This document shows, one piece after another, positions 13,229 to 24,795 of a DNA stretch of 64,000 nt. Source of the stretch: Octopus sinensis. Taxonomy: Eukaryota. Under the pieces are notes generated by a model. That model worked only from the letters and a program-made list of their open reading frames with translations, was not told where the DNA came from and did not search any database. The stretch covers positions 107,818,001 to 107,882,000 of the forward strand of contig NC_043001.1 in NCBI RefSeq assembly GCF_006345805.1, in the 5' to 3' direction. Each line of letters begins with the position of its first letter. Positions within the stretch are counted from its first letter, which is position 1. Made by a program: the position numbers and the translations under genes.

Positions 13229-13834
13229 TCTAAGAGAAAGGGAGCAAAAGAGAAGCAGTTATAACTGAAAGCCTGTAAAATATTACACGAGTAAATTCGC
13301 CGAAATATCGCTATTAGAATTCCAGTGGAACTCGACTTAATCGCCCTGAGAAGACCTCATTTTAATAAGTTGGCGCCAGCAGAACAATGTTGTTCCCTGA
13401 AACTAGATCTTGCACATCTTAAGCATATAGATTTTGACAAATGTAGCGCTTGAAATACTTACACTCATTTATTCACAACCAGACTACTTTATTATCCAAA
13501 AATCACTTCTCGTTATATGTTTTACTGTGGTGCTTAAGTCAAATTTATTAGGTATATTATCGTACTACAACCTAATATATCTTTCGCTCATTCGAATCTC
13601 TCTCGCTCTACCTTTACGTATCTCTCTCTCTCCCTTTATGTCTCTTTCTATCTCTTTCTCTTTCTCCCTCCCACTCTCTCTCTCTCTCTTCCTCCCATAT
13701 TCTATCTTCACGCCCGAGTCGCCATTCTAATTAGCCTCTTTTAATCCCTCTTTTCCTATTTTCTTCGCTTTCTGCATTATTCTCCAATGTATATGTACAC
13801 ACATGTCTATTTAAATGCATATAAATGCATACAT

Positions 13835-13843
13835 ACATATATT

Positions 13844-13937
<94 letters not shown>

Positions 13938-13959
13938 TACATATATATATATATATATG

Positions 13960-14013
<54 letters not shown>

Positions 14014-14016
14014 TAT
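13835..14016. repeat. (TA)n microsatellite
   Basis: Directly visible. Confidence 0.95.
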
Positions 14017-14748
14017 ATTCTTTTACTTGCTTCGATCATTTGACTACGGCCATTCTGGAGCACTGCTTTTTTATATATATGTATATATACATGTACATTA
14101 TATATGAGCATATATGCCCTAATGCTTGTATATTACCATCCAGATGAGCGAGTATACGTGTACATATGTGTGCGTATATGTATGCATGTATGTATGTATG
14201 TATGTATGTGTCTATGTATATATAAAGGTGTGTATATAAATATACATGGCTGTATTGGTTCAATGTGATAACCAGAAATGTGAAGCCTTTGTAAGTTTCC
14301 TCCTGATGAAATGGTGTTGCCTTTGGATTTCCTTAATGGATTGTACATTAATGATGTGAAGCAGCATCTTTTGAAAGATTCGTAGAGATGGGCTTAAATG
14401 GACTCTGTTATGGTTACAATACACTTCATTTTTTTTACATGTATATTTTTGTATATTTATATCTATATTATTTTAGCTCCATTGCCTTAAATTTTAGTCG
14501 CCTTCATTATGCATTAATTTATTCCATATAATTTTCTTCATTCGACTTCACTCGTATTACCCTTTTAGGTTTTATCACCTTTTATTCGTGTATATGTGTA
14601 TATTTTATACTATTGGGTTTTACCATTGGATGCCATGTTGGGTTAGTATATATTTCTATTCGATTTTTGATAATTTGGGAATGATATAAAATTGTTTTGA
14701 CCGATTGGAGTGTTTATTCATTATACCTTTGAATTAAATTTTTTATAT

Positions 14749-14975
14749 TATTCACATTTGACGGATATTTGCCCTCATCTTCTTTGTTGTTAACACACCG
14801 TTTTAGCTGGTATACTCTCCAGCCTTTATCAGGTGTCTTGGGGAAATTTCGAACCTGGGTTCTCATTCTTAGGTTCGAAATTTCCCCCAAGACGCCCCAT
14901 GAACGCTGGCGAGTATAGCAGCCGAAACGTTGTATTAATAAACAAGATGAGGACAAATATCCGTCAAATGTAAAT
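14749..14975. mobile_element. Foldback element (~105-bp arms, 14-nt loop) with a decayed HHR in each arm
   Basis: The arms are reverse complements. Arm consensus is ACAC-CTGATGA-A-GGCTG...CAGCC-GAAACGTT-GTGT. Confidence 0.7.
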
Positions 14976-15139
14976 AACGTACGTAATTCGTCATCTCTTA
15001 AATAGGGAACTGTACCTTTCAATATATTTCTCCTTCCGCATCGGTGTCCCCCGAGCACTTCCAGTAGCAGTCCTATTTTTATTTTTTCTCTTCGGTTTAA
15101 CGAAATTGCATTTTAGTTTAACAAAGTTATAAAATTATC

Positions 15140-15180
<41 letters not shown>

Positions 15181-15182
<2 letters not shown>

Positions 15183-17117
15183 CTTAGAATAACTTAGAAA
15201 GGTTTTTGGCCAGTATTGGCCCAGGCCATGTCTAACTTAATAGCACCACCTGGCGAAGTCTTTCAGTTCAGGATTTGGGCACCAAGGCCCATTCGAGCAG
15301 AGAGTTATTGTTTGCGGAGACATATCCGGGTGTGGGTGGTTTGTCCGGTACTGTTTGAAGGAATTTGTCCAAAGACTTCTTGAATTTTGTGTGGTCAGTT
15401 TCTTTTTGACGTGTCCTGGTGTAATGTTGAAGAGAGCAGGTCCAAATGAGGTGAAATAGTTGTGCCGTATTGTCGTTATGTGATGCGATTTAGATTTTTG
15501 TTGTGGACGGATGGCACGTGGTCCAAGCCTTGGATGCATTTTGAAGGTGATGCCAACATCATTCGGACAGTGCTGATGGAATATTTTCCACATCATACAG
15601 ATAATGTAGCGTTCACGGCGTCGTTGGAGTGAATACAATTTCAGCTTCTCTAGTCTACCCCAGTAGTCAAGGTCTGACATGCCATCTATCTTTTTTGTGA
15701 TTGACCTTTGGGGAGCTTCAATTCTCATAATATTTTGTTTTGTGTAGGGAGACCACAGTGGACAGCAGTATTCAAGGTGGGGTCGGGCAAAAGTGGAGAA
15801 GAGAAGGATAATAGCGTGGGAATCTCTCGACTGGAAGGTTCTGAGAATCCAGGAACACATTCTGCGGGCCATGTCAACTTTGCTGCTTATATGTGTAGCC
15901 CAGCTTATGTTGTTGTCCACTGTTACTCCCAGGTCTCTGATGTTGTTGGATGCCATGAGAATTTCTCCAGAGGAAGAGAGTATGGGAGTTTCAGAGCGTC
16001 CTCCCTTCCAAAGTGGATCAGTTCGAATTTGTCTTCATTTAGCAACATGTTATTCTTTTCCGCCCATTGGACAACAGCCAGTAGGTCTGACTGAAGGTTT
16101 ATTCGGTCATCCACGCCATTGATGACCTTCTGGAGCTTGGAATCATCAGCGAAGGTTCTGATGTTGCTGTGTTTGATGGTGTCAGTAATATCATTTATGT
16201 AGATGATGAAGAGAAGTGGGCCCAACACAGTGCCTTGTGGGACACCACTGCTGACTTTGGCTGGATTTGACTCCCTCGACTACAACATGTTGGGTTCTGT
16301 TAGAGAGGAAGCACTTGATCCATTGCAGCAGCTTTCCAGTGACACCAATATTGGACAGCTTTCTCAGAAGGATCTTATGATCAACCCTGTCAAAGGCCTT
16401 GCTGAAATCAAGGTAGATGACATCAGTGTTGGAACCCTCTCCCAAGGCTCTCAAAATGTCATCAAAATGATGCAGTAGCTGCGTCAGGCAATCTCTCCCA
16501 TTACGGAATCCATGCTGGTTGGGGTTCAGCATATTATAACTCTCAAGGAAGTGAGTCATACGCGATCTCAGCACCCTCTCAAATACCTTGATGATATGAG
16601 AGGTGAGTGAGATTGGACGGTAATTCACGGCAAGCGATTTGTTTCCTTTTTTGAAAACTGGGACAACAGACTGGGATAGAAGGTCTTCTGGTATATATCC
16701 AGCATCCAGTGAGTTCCGCCACAGATTGGCTAGAGGGGGTGCAAGTTGGTTTTGACACATCTTCAAGACACAAGCAGGGAACCTATCGGGACCTACTGCT
16801 GAATTATGCTTCATTTCCTTTATTGCTGCTAAGACATCAGGAGCGCCAAATGTTATGTCCGATAAAGTGTATTGGGGAGTAACATCACTGATACAGCCCA
16901 GATCAGTCATATCAGGATTGCTGAAAACAGAGCAATATTGTTTCTGCAATATTTCTCCCATGGTTTTGGCATTGTCTTGAAGAGTACCATTTTCATCAAT
17001 CAGAGGGCCAACAGTAGAACCAGTGACTCTGTGTTTTTTTGCAAATGAAAAGAACACTTTGGGATTGAGTTTGATCTTCTCAATGGCCCAGGCCTCTTCA
17101 GCTCTTCGCTGACTATT
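15181..17117 (-). mobile_element. CR1-clade LINE, 5'-truncated, frameshifted RT
   Basis: NYRPISLTSHIIKVFER, QHGFR, LDFSKAFDRVDH, LGPLLFIIYIND, FADD, YSLQRRRERY. The 3' tail is (ATTCTAAGTT)x2. (TA)n lies on both flanks. Confidence 0.9.
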
Positions 17118-17740
17118 GATATATATATATATATATATAATTGTGAAAGCGGACAGCAAATGTTAAGGCAAGGCAAAAAAAAAAGTCATATACGTTATTA
17201 TTAATTATTATAAATTTGGAAAAAACTTTTTCCAATAAATAATGTAATAATAATGATGCATATGACTTGAGATGCTTGCCTTTCCTTAACAATTATATAT
17301 CTTGAGGTGTTTGCCTTTCTTTAACAATTACATATCCGATATCCGCTATATCGGAAATCTGCAATGGCTCCATAACTACCGTTTCGGCTAAAACCTTGGC
17401 GTCCTATTAATCCGTTAGACCACTTACTCAGCGAACCTAATCGTTTACGTCACCTGCAAACTAAAACCCCATACTTCATATATATATATATATATACAGA
17501 GCAAGTGAGAGTAGGAGAGAAGTGATATAGAGAAAGATTAGTCGAAAGCTATATGCAGTCGCATCCGAGTTGATACTTTTATCTCATCTCATCATTTACT
17601 ATCAAGAAAATCAACAACTTCATCATTCACTTCATGGAATTCTTCTTTCTTTTCTTCTCGTTTTATTCCTTCTATTACTTTGCTTTGTATCCATCGGTAT
17701 ACGCATTCATCTATCTACGTTTCTGTCCGTTTCAAACACG

Positions 17741-17771
<31 letters not shown>

Positions 17772-18258
17772 TCTCTCTCTCTCTCTCTCTCTCTCCCTCT
17801 CTCCCTCTCTATCTCTCTCCCTCTCTCTCTCCCTCTCTCCCTCTCTCCCTCTCTCTCTCTCTCTCTCTCTGCTCATTTATCCATCTTTCTCAATCTTTCT
17901 CACACTCAGTGTTGGTTTATGCATATGCCCGTTACATAGCGGTTCGGCAATAGACATTAATAGAACAAACGACAGTGTCGATTCATTCGACTAAAATCCC
18001 TCGAAAATGATACCCTAGCATGGCTGCACACCAATGACTGAAACAAGTAGAATATACAAGAAAACCAGCTTCAATAAATCTTTTGCCGTCTCGTGTTAAT
18101 CCGTTTTGAGCTGCTGCAATTTCTTCGAATCCAAAACCTTTCCTTCTTTTTCTCGTTTTGTATTTCTTGCTATTTTTTTTTTTACAGCCACTTTTTGTTA
18201 CTCTCGAGTATTTTTTTCTAATAAACATCTTGTCAACGATGCATTACCATATGACTTC

Positions 18259-18444
18259 TTATTTCTTTATTGCCCACAAGGGGCTAAACATAGAGGGGAC
18301 AAACAAGGACAGACAAACGATTTAAGTCGATTACATCGACCCCAGTGCGTAACTGGTACTTAATTTATTGATCCCGAAAGGATGAAAGGCAAAGTCGACC
18401 TCGGTGGAATTTTGAACTCAGAACGTAACAGCAGACGAAATACC
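18259..18444 (-). mobile_element. tRNA-derived SINE, 5'-truncated copy in tandem with 18445-18677
   Basis: Core GTCGACTTTGCCTTTCATCCTTTCGGG..ATAAATTAAGTACCAG and 3' tail AATAAAGAAATAA. Confidence 0.85.
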
Positions 18445-18677
18445 TATTTCTTTATTACTCACAAGGGGCTAAACACAGAGAGGACAAACAAGGACAGACA
18501 ACAGGATTAAGTGGATTATATCGACCCCAGTGCGCAACTGGTACTTATTTAATCGACCCTGAAAGGATGAAAGGCAAAGTCAACCTCGGTGGAATTTTGA
18601 ACTCAGAACTCAACGGCAGACGAAAGACCGCTATGCATTTCTCCCGGCCTTTCTAAAGTTTCTGCCAGCTCGCCGCC
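18445..18677 (-). mobile_element. tRNA-derived SINE
   Basis: Head GGCGGCGAGCTGGCAG, B-box-like GAGTTCAAAATTCC and the same core as other copies. Confidence 0.85.
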
Positions 18678-18754
18678 TTATCATATGACTTCTATCATTC
18701 TTAGATGTTTTATATAAGTCATTAATACTCCATCAGCATTAAACAAAGTTTAAA

Positions 18755-18974
18755 GTGGTTAGCGGACAGAGTCGTTAGCACCCCAGTCAAAATGCCTTGC
18801 GGCATTTCGTCCGTTTTTTCGTTACGTGTTCAAGGGTTTCAAATTGCACCGATATTGACTTTGCCTTTCATCCTTTCGGGATCGATAAAATAAGTAACAG
18901 TTGCTCACTGGGATTGATGTAATCGACTTGACCTGTCCCCCAAATAGCTGGCCTTGAGCCAAAATTTGAAACCA
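18755..18974 (+). mobile_element. tRNA-derived SINE (inverted relative to the neighbour)
   Basis: Same head and core motifs. Confidence 0.8.
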
Positions 18975-19199
18975 GCATTTAACAAAGTTAAACTGCTTCT
19001 GACCAACTTACTTTTTCTGTAACTTTGAAACTATTTCCTAGTCTTCCACTGTTTCCTGCATTGGTTAATATATTCGCTTCATAAACCTCTACTAATAAAA
19101 ATCCACCTTTTAAATCTTCTCCAACAACTATTATGTTACTACTAGAAATCCGATATGTACGTATTTTTGCTCTAAATTTTATTCTATTTTTTTCCGGCG

Positions 19200-19900
19200 T
19201 TCAACAATTGTTTTTCGCTCCTTTCGTACCTAATGAACATGTCATGTTTTTTCCGACATCACTTTCCTTCTATTAATCTTTCTTCTGCGCAGAACTTTTG
19301 AATACACTCTGGTATGCTTCCTTTATATTCTTGCGAGTGCTACGGATTTTTATACGATCCTCATATATGGATGCAAGTGCTACAAATTGATTTATACATT
19401 CAATCACAATTTCCTCTTCAATTCTTTCACCATTTGCTTTTTCTATATGAATTTTGGCAACCTTTTCTATAACAGCTCAAGGGTTAAATGAATTCTGCCT
19501 GTTTGTTACAGTTTGTCACAATCACCATATGCATCTCTATATGTTCTAACCTCAAGCAGATATTTTCTGTTTCGCGTTGGCAATCTATCAAAGTATTATT
19601 CATTTCATAAAGCTAAACTTTTTATCTGTTGTTCACATATTTTTTATTAATGCTCCTATTTTTCCAAAAATACTTCCTTCCATGACGTTGCTGGCTGCGC
19701 AAAAGCTGACCACTTCCACGACGATAGTGTTGACTTCGCAGAAAATGACAACCATACACGATTTTTCATTCTTCTCGTCTCCAACACTATGTCTATTTAT
19801 TGTCCGTTACATAATATGGTTGACATTTCCTACTTTCCCTAATCCCAATTTCACATTACCTGCTGATATACAATCAATTCCCTCACGCAACAATTAGCAG
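19200..19900 (-). mobile_element. Highly decayed LINE endonuclease remnant, probably RTE clade
   Basis: Translates to AGNVKLG...RHSVGDEKNEK...IFCEVNT, resembling the RTE APE motif GDFNAKLG...HGVG.RNE.G..L..FC..N. Confidence 0.4.
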
Positions 19901-21155
19901 AACCTACCTTTCTTTTCATCGGTTACATTATGTTTAGTCGAGTAAGAAATAATAGAACTGATATTTTATTGCTTAGCTTTAAGTTTCACTAAAAGCATTT
20001 CACCGTTAGCAAAATCTTTCCTTTCTGGTAATATTTTTCAAGATGTTTGATTGCCGACTCTAACGCATTCTATTGTATCTTCTCTTTCAGAGGTCGAAAA
20101 TAAGCATTGCTTTATGTTGTAATAATTTGTTCCATCTGTCCAAGATGTGGTTCACTTACAGTCAACATATCAATTATCTATTCGTTTTTCTTGCCTGCTC
20201 CAGTGTAGTATTATGCTGTCGTAATTCAAACAAACTCTTTCGTAATATATTTCACTATTTCTATTTAAAATCGAGGGACTGTTAGCAATGTTGTCTTGCT
20301 TGCGTAAAACCATCAAGCTATTTACATTCGAAGATACTTTCCAATAGCCTCTAATAAATTTTCATTTTGTCTATAGTGCTAGCTTTAACATTACTTCATG
20401 TTACCTCTCTGCCGTTTAACTGTTTAAATTACGGTTTATTTTGATTTAACTCGAATGATAAATCATTACGCTTTCAATTCATGGAACTACATTCATCTTA
20501 GAAGATATTATCTTACGTTGGTTTACCTGAAGATTATGTCATGCTAATAGCTGTAGTACATGGAGGAAATAAATGTCGAATAAATGTCGACCGTCAGGTC
20601 TCTAATGAATTTGAAATTGAAAGCGAAATGGTGCAGTGAGATATTTTATTGATTCTAAAAATAATACAACAGCAAGCAAGATAACTGCAATAAGATGAAC
20701 AGTTACAAATGCTTAGAAAATGAAAGCAATGCGGGTGGGAGTGGCTCTCATTTATAAAGCCAAGTGGTGAATGATAAAGACAGTGATGTATTTTTATTAG
20801 GAATGATAGTAACCGGAATAAATAAATCTGGTAAACAATTGCATAAAAGTATTATTTATAATAGCGTTTATAACATTTGTAGAAATTGTTACAACTGGCG
20901 TTCATTGGTGATGTTAGCATAAATTTAGTATAGGAATTATATTAATTAGTTAAGGCGGTCAGTATTCCACACTTTCAAATTGCTCTGCATATTTGTATAC
21001 TTGCTCCGTAATCAGAAGAATTGTAAATAGTGAAATAACAGGTGGTACTGACGGTAATGTTACTCATATGATTTTAAAAAATCCACATGCCACTGGCACG
21101 ACAAATGGTAGCCTTATAAGTTACAGTAATATGATAATATACACAACTAGGATTT

Positions 21156-22777
21156 TGTAGGCCCTGATAGATTCCCCGCTAGTCTCCTGAAGGAATGTAG
21201 ACACCAACTTGCAGTCCCTCTGACCAACCTCTGGAGAAATTCGTTAGACGCAGGTTATATACCGAAACAGTTTCTATCCCAGTCAGTCATCCCGGTTTTC
21301 AAACAGGGAAACAGATCCCTCGCAGTCAACTATCGCCCAATCTCACTCACCTCCCACATCATTAAAGTGTTTGAAAGAGTGATAAGATCAAGGATAGCTG
21401 ACTTCCTGGAGACCCACAAACTCCTAAATGCAAATCAGCATGGCTTTCGCTGTGGCAGGGACTGTCTAACACAGCTCTTACACCACATTGAAGATGTACT
21501 CAAAGCCTTGGGAACAGGTTCGAACTCTGACGTCATATATCTTGACTTCAGTAAAGCGTTCGACAGGGTAGACCATAACATCCTACTCTCAAAATTGGCA
21601 AATGTTGGAATCCGTGGAAAAGTTCTACACTGGATTAAGTATTTCCTGGCGAATAGAACACAACATGTTGTAGTTGATGGAGTCCACTCAAGCCCAGCAA
21701 ACGTCACCAGCGGTGTCTCCCAAGGGACTGTCTTGGGCCCGCTAATCTTCATAATTTACATAAACGACCTTTCCAGTGTCGTACATTACTGCAAAGTGAA
21801 AATATTTGCTGATGACACTAAGCTCCAGCAAATCGTCAAAGAAGAAGCAAACCGAACTCAACTCCAGTCTGATCTATATGCTGTGAGTCAATGGGCAGAC
21901 AGAAACAAATTGCAACTGAACGAGGGAAAATTTGAGCTGATGCATTTCGGAAGAAATTCCTCACTAAAACAGCCATACTCTCTTCCTTCAGGGGAACCGC
22001 TCACAGCCTCTAACAATATCAGAGACCTGGGTATAATTGTTGATGACAATCTCAGTTGGAGTGCACACATCAACAATAATGTCGATATAGCTCGTAGGAT
22101 GAGTTCCTGGATCTTAAGAACTTTCCGGTCCAGAGAACAAGGTGTCATCATACCACTTTTCTCCTCATTTGTACGGCCACAGCTGCCCACTGTGGTTTCC
22201 CCATACAAGACAAAACATCTCGAGGATTGAATCACCCCAGAGGGTACTCACTAAACGAATTGAAGGCATGGCTGCTCTCGATTATTGGGATCACCTTAAA
22301 GCCTTGAAACTCTACTCTCTCCAGCGTCGCCGTGAGCGGTACATCATTTGTACGATGTGGAGAATATACCGCCAACTTTGCCCAAACGACCTGAACATTA
22401 GCTTCAAGGTTCATCCAAGACTGGGACCACGGGCCATACGTCCCCTGCCCAAATCAAGATCACAGCATACATGTACACTGCAACGTAATTCCTTTTCCTC
22501 AACAAGCCCTGCCCTATTTAACATTGTCCCGAAAGAGATCAAAGAGGAAAAGGATCCCAACAACTTTAAACGGATCTGGATAGATTCCTTCAAGGAATAC
22601 CGGATAAGCCACCCATAATTGGATACAACTCACCCAACAAAAACTCACTGCTTGAATGGACCATAAACAAAACTTGACTTAAACAGGATTCAGATAATTC
22701 TATCAGGTAGTGTTATTAAGTTAGACATGGCCTGGACCAATCTTTGGTCGAAACATATCTAAGTTTATCTAAGTTTA
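21156..22777 (+). mobile_element. CR1-clade LINE, 5'-truncated second copy
   Basis: Track ORFs 21367-22230 and 22142-22618 are RT (LDFSKAFDRVDH, SQG, FADD). The 3' tail is (TATCTAAGTT)x2. Confidence 0.9.
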
Positions 22778-22849
22778 TATGAATAGTATCGATTTACAAC
22801 TATATTACTGAAAACTATTATATATATGGAATACATACACACAAACATA

Positions 22850-22931
<82 letters not shown>

Positions 22932-23227
22932 TATAACTGTCTAACTGTCTGGTGATGTATTCTAAGCCAGTTTTGATAACATACCTTGTGTCTAGGCGAT
23001 ACAACTTACAAAGCAGGACGCTAGAACAAGAAAAACCAAGAGCGAACTAATTATGAACTTCTACAGGTTGTGTGCACAGGGCCTAGGGATTGTTTGCATA
23101 AACAGTTCCCTAAAATACAAACCCAATGCATAAGATTATTAGTAATTCGTAACTGTAATATGTAATATTTTCTCCCAGGGGCTGAAGTAATTTTTTGAAG
23201 AGCCTATCTTAACGAAACTAAACTATA

Positions 23228-23262
<35 letters not shown>

Positions 23263-23479
23263 GAAATATTAAAATTACTAAGTCTCTCTAAAAGAGAACA
23301 GCGGCAGCGTTCCCGGAAAATAATAGTTATCGCCATACTAATATGGCATTCTTATAAAAATAAGAATAAAGCTGTCCGCTTATTAGCTCCATGAGGCCAT
23401 CGTCTTAAGTTAGCTATTTGATACACAAACTGTATCCATATAACCTTCGAACAAGGGAGGTCAGTCGCTCCACACTACT

Positions 23480-23541
23480 TGACCGGCAGTTACAGACGCG
23501 TTTCGGGGTATTGCCCCTTTTCAATGCAGCGCAGCCAGCCA
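23480..23541 (-). ncRNA. Type I hammerhead ribozyme, array copy 1
   Basis: Same motif as 24071-24132, with one stem I mismatch (TGTAAC). Confidence 0.65.
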
Positions 23542-23840
23542 GTAGGTGTCGCTTCCGACAATCTCTGTTCGATGGTTTTATTTACCTAGTTTCGGTGGAA
23601 TACATCCACTTGTTTTCAATAATAGAAATATTAAAATTACTAAGTCTCTCTAAAAGAGAACAGCGGCAGCGTTCCCGGAAAATAATAGTTATCGCCATAC
23701 TAATATGGCATTCTTATAAAAATAAGAATAAAGCTGTCCGCTTATTAGCTCCATGAGGCCATCGCCTTAAGTTAGCTATTTGATACACAAACTGTATCCA
23801 TATAACCTTCGAACAAGGAGGTCAGTCGCTCCACACTACT

Positions 23841-23902
23841 TGACCGGCAGCTACAGACGCGTTTCGGGGTATTGCCCCTTTTCAATGCAGCGCAGCCAGC
23901 CA
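23841..23902 (-). ncRNA. Type I hammerhead ribozyme, array copy 2
   Basis: Reverse complement of the motif at 24071-24132. Confidence 0.72.
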
Positions 23903-24070
23903 GTAGGTGTCGCTTCCGACAATCTCTGTTCGATGGTTTTATTTACCTAGTTTCGGTGGAATACATCCACTTGTTTTCAATAATAGAAATATTAAAATTA
24001 CTAAGTCTCTCTAAAAGAGAACAGCGGCAAATAAAACCATCGAACAAAGATTGTCGGAAGCGACACCTAC

Positions 24071-24132
24071 TGGCTGGCTGCGCTGCATTGAAAAGGGGCA
24101 ATACCCCGAAACGCGTCTGTAGCTGCCGGTCA
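24071..24132 (+). ncRNA. Type I hammerhead ribozyme (U3-A8 core), array copy 3
   Basis: GCTGCA-TTGAAAA-GGGG(caata)CCCC-GAA-ACGCGT-C-TGTAGC, with a GUC cleavage triplet ending at 24117. Stem I extends via TGGCTGGC/GCCGGTCA. Confidence 0.72.
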
Positions 24133-24432
24133 AGTAGTGTGGAGCGACTGAGCTCCCTTGTTCGAAGGTTATCTGGATACAGTTTGTGTATCAAATAGCT
24201 AACTTAAGGCGATGGCCTCATGGAGCTAATAAGCGGACAGCTTTATTCTTATTTTTATAAGAATGCCATATTAGTATGGCGATAACTATTATTTTCCGGG
24301 AACGCTGCCGCTGTTCTCTTTTAGAGAGACTTAGTAATTTTAATATTTCTATTATTGAAAACAAGTGGATGTATTCCACCGAAACTAGGTAAATAAAACC
24401 ATCGAACAGAGATTGTCGGAAGCGACACCTAC

Positions 24433-24494
24433 TGGCTGGCTGCGCTGCATTGAAAAGGGGCAATACCCCGAAACGCGTCTGTAGCTGCCGGTCA
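24433..24494 (+). ncRNA. Type I hammerhead ribozyme, array copy 4
   Basis: Same motif; predicted cleavage after 24479. Confidence 0.72.
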
Positions 24495-24668
24495 AGTAGT
24501 GTGGAGCGACTGACCTCCCTTGTTCGAAGGTTATATGGATACAGTTTGTGTATCAAATGCTAACTTAAGGCGATGGCCTCATGGAGCTAATAAGCGGACA
24601 GCTTTATTCTTATTTTTATAAGAATGCCATATTAGTATGGCGATAACTATTATATATATATATATAAT

Positions 24669-24702
<34 letters not shown>

Positions 24703-24764
24703 AGATACATATACACATGTCTATATATATATATATATATGTGTGGTGTGTGTGTGTGTGTGTG

Positions 24765-24795
<31 letters not shown>

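Larger units (their letters stand above)
23259..24651. mobile_element. Tandem plus inverted array of a ~362-bp HHR-containing unit (retrozyme or PLE pLTR-like)
   Basis: About 2.1 units with the HHR on - (23259-24029), then about 1.7 units with the HHR on + (24029-24651). The period is 361-362. Both flanks are (TA)n. Confidence 0.85.

Noticed and set aside
17360-17415. HHR-like AGCCGAAACGGTAG on the minus strand
   Set aside because: The CUGANGA core is absent and stem II is not supportable.
23418-24556. Repeated 112-aa ORF (MIHKLYPY...) in the array
   Set aside because: It lies antisense to the HHR strand, starts at TTG, shows no recognisable domain, and is explained by the repeat itself.
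23259-24651. CRISPR-like or satellite interpretation of the array
   Set aside because: There are no unique spacers, the context is eukaryotic, and the unit carries an HHR with an inverted junction atypical of simple satellite DNA.
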